A stretch of DNA of 64,000 bases from Dictyostelium discoideum (taxonomy: Eukaryota), in assembly GCA_000004695.1 (NCBI GenBank), contig CM000155.2:2688001-2752000 (forward strand). Reading direction: 5' to 3'. The notes below the pieces were generated by a model. That model saw only the letters and a list, made by a program, of their open reading frames with translations, made no database searches and had not been told where the DNA came from. Position numbers and translations under genes: made by a program. Positions 37,740-51,725 of this stretch are shown here, piece by piece. Every line of letters begins with the position of its first letter. The stretch's first letter is position 1.

Positions 37740-38290
37740 ACATTCCATAAATCTTTATTTAAAAAAATAAAAATAAAAATTATTAGTTTTTTTTTTTTTT
37801 TTTTTTTAAAATTGGATCGGTTTTTTTTTTAAAATTGGATCGGTTTTTTTTTTTTTTAAAATTGGATGATAAAGCAATTGCTATTTGCTTGTCTTTGTAA
37901 TACTTCTCATTTTATTCTATTAAGTTTCTTTTTAATTGTTTTGGTGCCTAAAAAAATTTTTAGAAAATAATCTTTGAAATATGAATAAGACCTTAATTTT
38001 TTTTTTTTTTAAAAAAATGCACATTTTTTATAGAGTACTACAAAGTGAATCGTTGTGTTTTGAGATGTTGAGAAGTGCTATTGCGTGAAGTGGTGAGTTC
38101 CATTGTCTGCTGAATTGTAATAGTTTTAGCGAGATTAAAGAGCATAGTTTGTTTTGTTCTTGTAAACCTCTATCAAAATATCCGGCAAAAACAAATGGAT
38201 ATTTTGATAGAGGTTTTTTTTTTTTTGAATTGGATAACGCAATTATTATTTGCTTCTCCTTGAGATGCTAGATCTCATTTTATTTTTTTT
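37740..38290 (-). mobile_element. Nested 3'-terminal fragments of TRE5/DRE-type non-LTR retrotransposons. They are ORF2-3'/C-module-like pieces, each ending in oligo(A) on the minus strand.
   Basis: Minus strand, first copy: ...gcaaataataattgcgttatccaattc(A)13. Second copy: ...gcaaatagcaattgctttatcatccaatttt(A)n. A third feature is three tandem ccgatccaatttt(A)10-13 units at 37795-37866. The 30-nt block ggaactcaccacttcacgcaatagcact (rc 38086-38113) is identical to 42837-42866 at the ORF2 3' end of the element near tRNA-Glu. Confidence 0.45.
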
Positions 38291-38538
38291 TTTTTTTTAC
38301 AGGGTCTTTTTGATTAAAACATCTTTTTTGTCCAAACTTTTTTCTAAATCTTTTTTTATTTTATCGTCTGGTTCGTGATTGATGTTTATGACGTATTTGA
38401 ATTGTTTTTTTTTTAATTGAGTTTTATCCACAATTTCGCTTATTTTTTGTAGGCATTTGTGTTGCTTAATATTTGTGGTGTTGTTTGTGATTTTCATTTT
38501 ATTTTCTTTCTATCTTTTTTATTTTTCTGATTAACTTG

Positions 38539-38578
<40 letters not shown>

Positions 38579-40284
38579 TTATAGAAAGTACTGAGTGAAT
38601 TATTGTATTTTTTGAGATGTTTAGGAAGTTCTATTGCGGGTGTTGATGATGATTTGTGACACCCCTTGTCCTGTTTTATCAATTGGTGCGTGGTGTGTTA
38701 TTTTGTTTTTATATTGTTGATTTATTGAGTAAATTTTATTTGTTTTTATATTTGTTTCAGTTAGAAGTGCTGCGTCCAGCTTGTTGTTGTCTAAAACGGT
38801 GTTTATTATGCTGGCAGATTGGATGGTGTTGGATCCTTGGACGTTCCAAACACCTATTCTTATTGTGTTTTTCTTTATAGTTTTATTTGGGGTAGATTTT
38901 TATCTACCTTTTGAAGTTTCTGGTTTATTTTGTCTTCTAACTGATCTTTACTTTGTTCATTGTGTTGTTGGTCTTGTGTGTTTGTGGGGTTTTTTGATTT
39001 ATTGATTTGTTTTAGAATTTCCTTGTTGAAGTTGTCTATATCTTCATCCATTTTTGTTTTTATGCTTTTTTGTCCATATTCACCCAATTTTGGTTTGACT
39101 GGTGTTTTGTTGGTCTTGTTTGTTTTGTCTTGTTGTTTCTTTTTTGGTGTGTTTAACAATTTACTTGGTGAATCGATAATTTTCGATGGTGTACCATAGG
39201 TTGGGCTGAAACTCATGATATGTTTTATTGGAGAGGAGAAGAACCATTGATTTGAAGGGATTGAAAGTGGGAATTCTATTTTTCTTATTGCATCAGTGTT
39301 TGGGCTGGTGAAGTCGAAGATATCATTTGCCTCTCTAAGTTTTTCTTCCGTTGTTAGTCCCTTTGTTTCGCCGTGTTGTTTTATTGGTGTATTGTATGGA
39401 GATGGTGGTTCGATAGGTTTTTCTGATTTTGTTTTAATTTCTTGATTGTTTATCGATTGTGTATTGATCTCATTCTCTATTCTTGTTAGTTCATCTACGT
39501 TTTCTAGTGATGCTTCTATTACCTTTTGAGCTGTATCATCTAGGGCCATAAATGTTTTATCATTAGATGAGGATGTGATTGGTGGGATAATGATTGTTCT
39601 TTTTCCTTGTTTTGGTATTTGTTCTGATGTAGATTGTGGTTGTTGTTCATCTGATTGTTTTTTATTTTTGTTTTCTTCTTGATTTTCTGGTAATGAGGTT
39701 TGATCTCTCCATCCTTTGTTGGAGTGTCCAATTAATGTTAGATTGTCTAGTTCAATGATAGTGTCAAATTCTTCTACGACTCTTTTCACTGTTTTGATAA
39801 TTAGAGTTTCGCCTTTAATTTCTGATTTAATTAGTTTACATCCTTCATTTTNTATTACCCNNTCTATTTCTGTGAGTGATTTATACCNATCAAAATCTGN
39901 ANACANATTTTTTGGTCTTANAGTGGNTANAAANTGTCCNTTTAATTNTGCNTCNAACATATTTNCNAAATAGATTNCTGNACTAANACNGTCTGTGAGA
40001 ATTTTGAANGTANTATTACTTTTGATTAAAACATCTTTTTTGTCCAAACTTTTTTCTAAATCTTTTTTTATTTTATCGTCTGGTTCGTGATTGATGTTTA
40101 TGACGTATTTGAATTGTTTTTTTTTTAATTGAGTTTTATCCACAATTTCGCTTATTTTTTGTAGGCATTTGTGTTGCTTAATATTTGTGGTGTTGTTTGT
40201 GATTTTCATTTTATTTTCTTTCTATCTTTTTTATTTTTCTTTAAAAAGTTAAAAATCTGGAAATTTTCTAATTAACTTGGTTCC

Positions 40285-40334
<50 letters not shown>

Positions 40335-40420
40335 TCTTTTTTATATGAAAAATGAAATAATCAAAAAAAGAGATTGTTGTTGTTGTTTGTTTTTTCTTTG
40401 ATAGAGGTTTAATTACATTT
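38290..40420 (-). mobile_element. TRE5-A (DRE)-like non-LTR retrotransposon, a non-autonomous ORF1-only variant with layout A-module(?) - B-module - ORF1 - B-module. Its 5' end lies about 40-50 bp upstream of tRNA-Leu, head-to-head.
   Basis: A direct repeat of about 230 bp (38290-38530 versus 40021-40260, near-identical) flanks a 444-codon ORF. Each repeat copy contains the ORF1 ATG and the first ~62 codons. The left copy gives the 66-aa ORF at 38297..38497, identical to the ORF1 N-terminus. Oligo(A) follows on the minus strand at 38284-38300. The element stops about 48 bp short of the tRNA-Leu 5' end at 40442. The naming rests on the known DRE/TRE5-A module structure and its ~50-bp-upstream-of-tRNA integration preference. 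Confidence 0.5.
38875..40209 (-). CDS. Retroelement ORF1 protein of 444 aa, Lys/Gln/Pro-rich. The 5' third contains ambiguous bases.
   Basis: ATG at rc 40207-40209 lies inside the B-module repeat. The window has n characters scattered through 39841-40020, which appear as X in the ORF track, so sequence quality is poor there. Confidence 0.5.
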   Translation of the reverse strand: MKITNNTTNIKQHKCLQKISEIVDKTQLKKKQFKYVININHEPDDKIKKDLEKSLDKKDVLIKSNXXFKILTDXXSXXIYXXNMXXAXLXGXFXXTXRPKNXXXDFDXYKSLTEIXXVIXNEGCKLIKSEIKGETLIIKTVKRVVEEFDTIIELDNLTLIGHSNKGWRDQTSLPENQEENKNKKQSDEQQPQSTSEQIPKQGKRTIIIPPITSSSNDKTFMALDDTAQKVIEASLENVDELTRIENEINTQSINNQEIKTKSEKPIEPPSPYNTPIKQHGETKGLTTEEKLREANDIFDFTSPNTDAIRKIEFPLSIPSNQWFFSSPIKHIMSFSPTYGTPSKIIDSPSKLLNTPKKKQQDKTNKTNKTPVKPKLGEYGQKSIKTKMDEDIDNFNKEILKQINKSKNPTNTQDQQHNEQSKDQLEDKINQKLQKVDKNLPQIKL

Positions 40421-40441
40421 TAATAATTAAGTTTCAAAAAA

Positions 40442-40523
40442 GTAAGCTTGCCCGAGCTGGTCTAAGGGGTTGCATTAAGGCTGCAATATCATTGATACAA
40501 GGGTTCGAATCCCTTAGCTTACA
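40442..40523 (+). tRNA. tRNA-Leu, anticodon AAG.
   Basis: The 7-bp acceptor stem is GTAAGCT/AGCTTAC with discriminator A. The D-arm reads GCCCGAGCTGGTCTAAGGGG. The anticodon stem TTGCA/TGCAA closes the loop TTAAGGC, giving AAG at positions 34-36. A long variable arm (TATCATTGATAC) and the T-arm AAGGGTTCGAATCCCTT follow. Length is 82 nt. Confidence 0.85.
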
Positions 40524-40552
40524 AAATATTTATTTCAATTGGTTGAGTCAAG

Positions 40553-40563
40553 GGTTCGATTCC
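40553..40563 (+). promoter_or_regulatory. External B box (exB) downstream of tRNA-Leu.
   Basis: GGTTCGATTCC lies about 30 bp past the tRNA 3' end without a complete tRNA structure around it. Dictyostelium tRNA genes commonly carry an extra B box 20-50 bp downstream. Confidence 0.5.
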
Positions 40564-41041
40564 AGAATAGATTAACAACAAATCACAAAGATTACTATAT
40601 TTCAACCTCAGCCTTCCCAAAATATTTAAAATTCTAATATAGAAATAGAATCTATTTATAATATTTCTAATATAAAAAAAATAAAAAAAAGATTATCAAT
40701 TTTTTATTATTATTTAAAAAAAAAAAATTTTGACCAATATATTTCTCATTTTATAAAAAATTATTTGAAATTTTGTAATATAATCCGACTCTTCATTATT
40801 AATTAAATTTCATAATCGGTCGGTCTCCGACCTGGTTTTAAACCTCGGAAATTTTAAAAAATAAAAATTCGAAAAAGATTAAGTAATGGAAAAAGTTTTG
40901 TTTGTTTTTTTTTTTTTTTTATTTATAAAACACCATTTTGATTTTTTTTTATTAAATTTTAATTTTTTTTTTTTTTTTTTTATCATTTAAAGTTATTTTA
41001 GGTTTAAAAAAATTAGAGTTAAAAATTGTATTATATTATTT

Positions 41042-41965
41042 TTTATTAGTTGCTTATTTTTTAATAATGCCAAATCACAAGATCAATCACCAATCACATT
41101 AATAGTAAATCCAAATATTAATAATACTTATATTATTGGTGAAAAATGTGGTATTAAAGAGAGCCTTGTTAATTTATATCAATTTAATTGTTCAATTTCC
41201 CCACTGGAAGTTGGAGGAGAAATCATTTTAAATGGTAACATTAATCCATTATCTCCTTACCAAACAAAGATTCAAATATTACAAACAAACAATTCAACAT
41301 CAGTATTAATTAGTATTGTTATTGGTGACTTTACATTATCAAATTCAATTATTTCAAATATTACAAATGAATATAATGGATATCCTTCAACCAACTATTT
41401 AATTTATACAGATAGAATAAATTTTACATTGAATAATGTTAATATTTTCGATATTGGATCTAGTATTGAAACAGTAATACAATCTGAAAATAGTATTCTT
41501 AGTATAACAAATTGTTTATTCAACATTCTTACCACTGTACTTGGTGCAATATCTGGTGGTAGTTGTAATGTAATAATCAAGAATTCAGTTTTCACTTCTT
41601 TATCATCATCATCTGGACCAAGTGTATTGAATTATCTCACAAGTACAGAAAATGTTGAAATAACACTTATAATGAAAAATTGTCAAGTTTATAATTGTTA
41701 TTCTCAATCAAATGGTGGAGTTTTATTTATGTCAAATTATTTTAATTCAAAAAATGTTCCAAATTTGATTATTGAAAATTCTGTCTTAAAGAATAATAAT
41801 GGTTCAAAGGGTGGAGTACTCTATAGTTCAAAGTATCCATTAATTATTAACAATTGTACTTTTGATTCAAATGTTGCAGGACTTGGTAGTATTTTATATG
41901 TTTCAGGAGGATCAATAACAGTTACAAATTCTACAATTATTAATGTAATTAATCCAACAAAAAAT
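41042..41965 (+). CDS. N-terminal fragment (about 300 aa) of a secreted parallel beta-helix-repeat protein. It is truncated or interrupted where the tRNA/retroelement cluster begins.
   Basis: The frame is open from 41042 with no in-frame ATG and a signal-like start (...FISCLFFNNAKSQDQSPITLIVNP). Beta-helix-type repeats follow (SILSITNCLF..GGSCNVIIKNSVFTS; NGGVLFMSNYF; GGVLYSSKYPLIINNCTFDSNVAGLGSILYVSGGSITVTNSTIINV). From about 41965 the ORF at 41429..42130 reads through the exB and tRNA-Glu sequence, which is non-coding. Confidence 0.4.
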
Positions 41966-42019
41966 TTATATCTTTGTTTTCTTTTTTTTTTTTATTTATA
42001 TCTATCGTGTGGTTGGGTG

Positions 42020-42031
42020 AGTATCGAACCC
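42020..42031 (-). promoter_or_regulatory. External B box downstream of tRNA-Glu (minus strand).
   Basis: Minus strand, following the poly-T pol III terminator: TTTTTACTTATACCCGAAAATAAAATCAAGGGTTCGATACTCACCC. GGGTTCGATAC is a B-box-like element about 30 nt 3' of the tRNA. This is a partial tRNA-like 3' half and not a full gene. Confidence 0.4.
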
Positions 42032-42061
42032 TTGATTTTATTTTCGGGTATAAGTAAAAAC

Positions 42062-42133
42062 CTCCCCATTCGGGAATCGAACCCGAGGTACCAGTGTGAA
42101 AGACTAGAGTGTTACCGACTACACCAATGAGGA
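42062..42133 (-). tRNA. tRNA-Glu, anticodon UUC.
   Basis: Minus strand: TCCTCAT TG GTGTAGTCGGTAACAC T CTAGT CTTTCAC ACTGG TACCT CGGGTTCGATTCCCG AATGGGGA G. The acceptor TCCTCAT/ATGGGGA has one G-U pair. The D-stem is GTGT/ACAC. The anticodon loop CTTTCAC gives TTC. Length is 72 nt. Confidence 0.8.
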
Positions 42134-42139
42134 ATTGGA

Positions 42140-42923
42140 TGAAAATTTTTTTCAATAGCGATGATATTAGGTGTAAAAATAACCCCATTACGAAGTTCTC
42201 CCCAACCTCAAAACAATATACAATGATCTCATGAAAAACCAATATCTAAATTACGATTCTTTCAACCCAACTCCGGGTCAGACCCAAATCATGAAAGAAA
42301 TTAAAAAAACAACTCTCCCTTTTCTAGAAATCAGGAAAATAGTCAACTTGAAAGGAAGAGACCTCCTCTGGAGATTAGCTCTTAAAGCTCTTCCAAAGAT
42401 CCACAACGCCCCTTGCATCTGGTGTAACGAACAGGAAACCTCAGAACACATCTTCTTCAAATGCAAATCACACATTAAAGAAACTCAAGAGTGCATCAAC
42501 TACATTCAAGAAAAATCTGGAGGATCCAGAATCAATTGGGGAATAGAAATCTTCAACAGACTAGACATTCCATTAACAGCCAACGCCATAGCCATTATTT
42601 GCGAAAACATCTGGAGAAGAAGAAACAAGAAAATCCGGATAACACTAGGAATAACACTCAAAAACTTAAGAAAACAACTACTAGTACACGAACTAAAGAA
42701 AACTCAAACAGCAGCCTGGGAAAGAACAAAAAACAACATATACAAACTAATCAGACAAGAAAAAAAAGCAACCAACAACGAACAAATAAAAAAATTCAAA
42801 AACATCATCTCCCTACAACTCGAAAGATTTAGCAAACACTGGAACTCACCACTTCACGCAATAGCACTACCATCAAACCTCAACAAATATATTACGTCAC
42901 TAAACACACTCTACACCCCCCAA

Positions 42924-42972
<49 letters not shown>
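42140..42972 (+). mobile_element. Fragment of a TRE5-type non-LTR retrotransposon (ORF2 C-terminus plus 3' end) with a 45-nt poly(A) tail. Its proximal end is about 50 bp from the 5' end of tRNA-Glu, head-to-head.
   Basis: The frame is open from 42183. The protein has the zinc-knuckle LWRLALKALPKIHNAPCIWCNEQETSEHIFFKCKSH (C..C...H....C) typical of the C-terminus of LINE-like reverse-transcriptase ORF2. Poly(A) spans 42928-42972. It shares the 30-nt block at 42837-42866 with the nested fragments at 38086-38113. Confidence 0.6.
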
Positions 42973-42975
<3 letters not shown>

Positions 42976-43039
42976 CTTACAACCTTAAAGGCACCTGTAA
43001 TATCTAATAATAAAATTAATAAAAGGAGTTATATCTCAA

Positions 43040-43700
43040 GAAAAAGCAACTAAAAATGGCGTTATTCCATTCAAAAAAAAAAATTCCTATTAAATACTTT
43101 TAATAATTGGACCCTTGAACACCCAGAAATAATTAATAATAAATAATAAAAAAAAAATAATATTATATCTCTTATATAAAAATTATAAGTTTAGTTTGTG
43201 CACAATTTGGAATAAAACAACAATGAATTTTTATTTTATTTACTATTTATACTAAAATAAATTTTACTAAAATTTCTGAGAATAAAGTAAGAATCTTGTA
43301 TTTGTTAACGTCTTTTCAGCTACAGATCTATTTCTATATTTGTATTTTACCAGGGATAAAAACTTAAATATAAATTTATGTCGCTTAATTATTCGCGATT
43401 ATTACATTTTTCATCATTTGAATATATAATAATTTCCATTATTCAAGATTCACAAAAAAAGAAAAAAATTAATAAAAGTAAAAAACATTTTGAAACTTGT
43501 ATAAAATACATAATATACGTGAACCCCCAGAAATAATAATAATAATAATTTATATATATAATATATTTATCTCTTTTACTACTAAAAATAATGTTTATCT
43601 TTATTTTATTTAAACTATTTATACTAAAATTAATTTTATAAAGAAACGAATTTTTTAAATTTAGATCACCAAAATACCTTTTTTTTTTTTTTTTAAAAAA
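43040..43700. repeat. Unclassified A/T-rich repeat region with two diverged internal copies of about 150 bp.
   Basis: ...acacccagaaataattaataataaat...ttatttactatttatactaaaataaattttactaaa (43110-43270) resembles ...gaacccccagaaataataataataat...ttattttatttaaactatttatactaaaattaattttataaag (43520-43650). There is no coding potential. It may be the terminal region of another mobile element. Confidence 0.3.
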
Positions 43701-43967
43701 AATCATAATTTTCTATTGCAATAACTCTTTTTTTTTTTTTTATATATTTTCAAAATTTTTTTTTTTTATTAATTATTATTTAAAAATAAATATAATATAA
43801 ATTTTAAATATTATTTTAATATAAATATAATATATTTTATTAAATATTTACACATATTAATTTTTTTTTTTTTTATTTTTTTTTTTTATTTTTAGAAGTT
43901 TTAAAGATTTAATTAAATGTAAAGTATGTACTATAATGTGTTCACAATCAATATTTTATAATTGAGG

Positions 43968-45215
43968 NNNNNNNNNNNNNNNNNNNNNNNNNNNNNNNNN
44001 NNNNNNNNNNNNNNNNNNNNNNNNNNNNNNNNNNNNNNNNNNNNNNNNNNNNNNNNNNNNNNNNNNNACGGAGGAGGCTCGGGGGAAGAGAGAGGAGGCA
44101 GAGCAGGGGGGCGCATGGTGGATGGTCGAGAAGAGATGGCACCGCCGAGGGCGGGCAAGGGAGGGAGTCGAAGACCAGGCGGCACACGACCGCGGGGGCG
44201 GGAGAGGCAAAGANAGAAGCGGGCGTGGCGAGAGGGAGGGGGGCGCGACGGGAAGGTGCAGGACGAGACGAAGACGAGGGAATCGGTCTCGAGGGGCAGG
44301 GGGAGAGGCGCAGCGTAGACGCGCGCACGGTGTAAGGTAAGAGAAGGGAGAGCGGGGGGAGAACGAGAGCCGAGAAGACTGCTGATACGAGGAAACGACG
44401 GGAGATCGCGGGAGAACCACAGAGGAGGAGGCGAAGAGGGGTGGTGGAGGGGACGCGCCGACAGATGACAAANACAAGGCGCGCGCGGGGTGGGCGCCTC
44501 AGAGAGGGGGGGGGCGGAAACGAGGTCGGGGGCGAATAGAGGGAGAAATGAGGGAGCGAAGCCGAAAAGACACCCGAGGAGACGCGGACACAACAGGGGG
44601 GGGGGATCTCCTCTGGGGGGGGACGGGAAAGAAGAGAGGGGGATGTCTTCGCGAAAGCAAACGTATGTGGTGTGTTTAGAAAAATGTATCGGGAGGGGGG
44701 GGGGAAGAGACACAGGGGTGGTGTGTGTCGAGAGACAAAGGCTCACCCAGTGTTAGAAAGAAAAAATGTTTTGTTGCAAGAGAAAACATTGCCCCCCCCA
44801 GGAAGGGTGGGGCGCCAGGGGAAAAAAAAAGATGTTTTCCCCCAAATGAGGTGGGGGGGAAAGGGAGGGGGGGGGGAAAGGCTCCCCCCCCTCCGGGACA
44901 TTCCGCCAAGCGGAAAATGGTCTAAAGAGGGAACTCCCCCCAGGGGAAAAGGGAAAAAAGATTTGGGAGGGCGAGGGGGTTTATAAAGGATTTGGGGGAG
45001 GAGACATACGGCAAGACACTCCAGGAAATGAACGAATATCCCCCGGCCCCCCCTTGAAAGTTGGAGGGAACACAAATTAACATGGTGGAGCAAAAATGCG
45101 GGTATAAATAAAATTTCCCCGGGGGGGGAATATAAACCAGGGAGAATGCCCACTTGTTCCCCAAAGGGAGGGTGGGGATGAAAATAAGTGCCCCGTTGGT
45201 TAAAAAAAAATTCCG

Positions 45216-45250
<35 letters not shown>
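43968..45250. other. Assembly gap (100 N, 43968-44067) followed by about 1.2 kb of purine-rich, G-homopolymer, high-GC sequence. It is a probable low-quality read or assembly artefact and not genuine amoeba DNA.
   Basis: The base composition switches abruptly from about 20% GC to over 60% G+A with runs of 8-12 G and embedded n characters. Every ORF here (43931..44746, 43948..44328 and others) is Gly/Arg/Pro/Glu low-complexity with X residues. Normal A/T-rich sequence resumes at about 45190. Confidence 0.6.
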
Positions 45251-45344
45251 CCAATAATTCAAAAAAATTAAAATTCAATCTCTCAATTGCCCTAATTTAA
45301 TTTCCCACAGCAACAAATAATTATTATTATTTTTTTTTTATATT

Positions 45345-48998
<3,654 letters not shown>

Positions 48999-49415
48999 AA
49001 AAAAAAATTAAAAAAATTAAAAAATTAAAATAAAAATAAAATTTAAAAAAAAGATATTATTATTTTTAAATAATAATACTAATAATAATAATAATTAAAA
49101 AAAAAAATATATGTGCCGATTTTTTTTTATTTAATACATATTATCAAACCCACATCTCAGATCTAAATATTTTTAAAATATAAAAAAAAAAATAAAAAAA
49201 ACAATTTAAATAAAAAAAATAAACATTTACCACAAAGAGGGGATGGTTTTTTTTTTTTTAATGACACAATTTTTTTTTTTTTTTTTTATTAAATATTTAT
49301 TATTATTAATAATACTATTGGTTTTTTTAATCATTGTATATTTTATTTGTTTTTTCAAATATTTTTTTTTTTAATATTTTTTTTATTATTAATATTAATT
49401 ATAATTTTATTTTAT

Positions 49416-49469
<54 letters not shown>

Positions 49470-49482
49470 AAGATAGTGGAGA

Positions 49483-51659
49483 ATGAATTTATTTATTAAA
49501 AATTTTTTAATAATTATTTCATTATATTTTATAATTTTAAATTTTTTAATTACTAGTTTGGTAATTTTAGTAATAGTAATGTATTGTGGATATATTTATA
49601 AATTAGGTCAATTCTTATATAAAAAGAGATATTTCGAAATAATTTATGATCATGATCAAATATTATTGGAAAATCAACCACATTCATCTTCACCAAAATT
49701 ATGTTATTATGACAATGAAAATAAAAAATATAAAAGAGGTTCAATAGAAATTCAAGATATTTTATATTTTAATATTTCAAAAGAATACTCCTACAATCAT
49801 GGTAATGTTTTTGGATTTGAATTAACAAGTAAGTAAAAATAATATGGGTTAATTATTATTAGTAGTAAATACACTCACTCACACTCACTCACACACACAC
49901 CACTAAATTCCAATTTTTTTTTTTTCAAAAAAACAATTATTATTTTAAAGTACCAGGAAGGGTTTTTTGTTTTTATACAAATACAGAATCAGAGAGAATT
50001 TATTGGATTGAAGCAATTACAACAATTTCATCAAAATTAAAACAAAATAAAATTGATAATAGAATTAATGATAATTTAAAATCAACCAATTTTTTACCAC
50101 AGTCACCACAACTTTCTATAAAAAATGATCATGATGAAAATGAAAATGGGGAAAATGAAAAAGATGAAAATTATGGTGATAATAATGAAAATGAAAATGA
50201 AAATGAAAATGAAAATGAAAATGAAAATGAACTAAAAAATAATAATCAACAATTAAATAATGAGAATCAAAAATATTATTTCAAAGAAACACTATTTGAA
50301 ATTTTCAATTTAATTGATAATTTAAATAATAGAAAAATAAAATTATTAAATTATCAAAATATATTTAATAAAGAAATTATTTATAATATCAATAACAACA
50401 ACAATAATCCCAATGAAAATAAATTTAATCAAATCAATATTTTTAAAAATCAAATATTTGAAACTCAATTTAAAATTAATTCAATTATTTATCCATTAAT
50501 TAAATCAGAATTAAAGTCAATTAAATTATTTTTAAATGGTTCATTAGATAATAATAATTTTAATAACTCTTTTTTAATAAATAATGAAAATAAATTATTA
50601 GAAATCTTAAATGAAAATAATAACAATAACAATGAAATGGAAAATTTTGATGAGAAAATTAAAATTTCAAGAGAACAATTAATTTTCAAAACAAATTTAT
50701 TAAAAGAAGAAATAAACCAATCAAATAATAATTACAACAATTCATCAATTTCAAATTTAAGTATTTTATTTAAAAAAATTTCAAAATTAAATTCAGATAA
50801 TAATAGTAAAATAAATAGTAATATAAATTATAGAAATAAAATTGATGACCACCAAAATGAATGTAGTGAAATTAAAAAATGTGATATTTTAGAACTTTTT
50901 TTTAATGATGGTATGTTAAATAAAATGGAAGAATATAATATTATCAAAGAAGGATTTAATGAAAAAATTAAGGAAATGGATGAAAAAATAATAAATATTG
51001 AAAATGATATTAATCTTTATAAAAATTCAAACATTAGCAGTGAAAATCAAGAATTAAATGAATTATTAATTTTATTAAATGAAATTAGATATTATAATGA
51101 TTTCACTATTAATCATTTTAATCATTATTTAAATTTTATAAAACAAGTTTTACTATTAAAAAGTCAATGTAAAAATATTAAATTACAACAAAAACCAATA
51201 ACCTCAAATGAACAAAATAATAATATTTCACAATTAGATTTATTGGTAGAATCATTAATTAAAAAACATAATAATAATAACATTAATAATAACAATAACA
51301 ATAACAATAATAATAATAACATTGGTAGATGTTATAGTGTTGGAAGTGATAGATCATTAAAAGAATCAATTAGGTCAACCTCATCTCTTTCAAATTTTAG
51401 TGTTTCATCTTTAAATACAGCACCAATTTTAAATCCAAGTGGTAAATGGATATTACCATCAAATTTTAAAAAGATTAGCACTGGATTATATCAATTTGGA
51501 AGCAAAAGAATTAATGCTTCAATTCGTGATTCTGATGGTAATTTAGTAGTCCGTGTTGGTGGTGGTTATTTATTATTTGTTGATTTCGTTTATAAATATG
51601 GTGAAAGAGAATCTTTAAAATTAAAATCTCAATTAAAATCTTCACAAAATACAATTTGA
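49483..51659 (+). CDS. PH-domain protein of about 684 aa with long Asn/Glu-rich low-complexity regions, join(49483..49828,49951..51659). The true start may be the internal ATG at 49579.
   Basis: The PH domain spans the intron: ...YCGYIYKLGQFLYKKRYFEIIYDHDQILLEN...KRGSIEIQDILYF...GNVFGFELT | IPGRVFCFYTNTESERIYWIEAITTISSK. Donor A|GTAAGT is at 49829 and acceptor TTTTAAAG at 49949-49950, both phase 1. The first 32 codons (MNLFIKNFLIIISLYFII...) are about 90% A/T and may be UTR. Confidence 0.65.
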
Positions 51660-51725
51660 AAAAAATAATAAAAATAAAATAATAATAATATTAATGTTTT
51701 TTTTTTTAATAATTCTTTAATTTAT

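Noticed and set aside
40541-40575. Possible third tRNA gene downstream of tRNA-Leu
   Set aside because: Only a B-box-like GGTTCGATTCC is present. No acceptor, D or anticodon arms can be folded. It is interpreted as an external B box.
43931-45278. Eleven overlapping Gly/Arg/Pro-rich ORFs on both strands
   Set aside because: All lie inside the N gap and the GA-rich artefact tract, contain X residues and have no plausible protein features.
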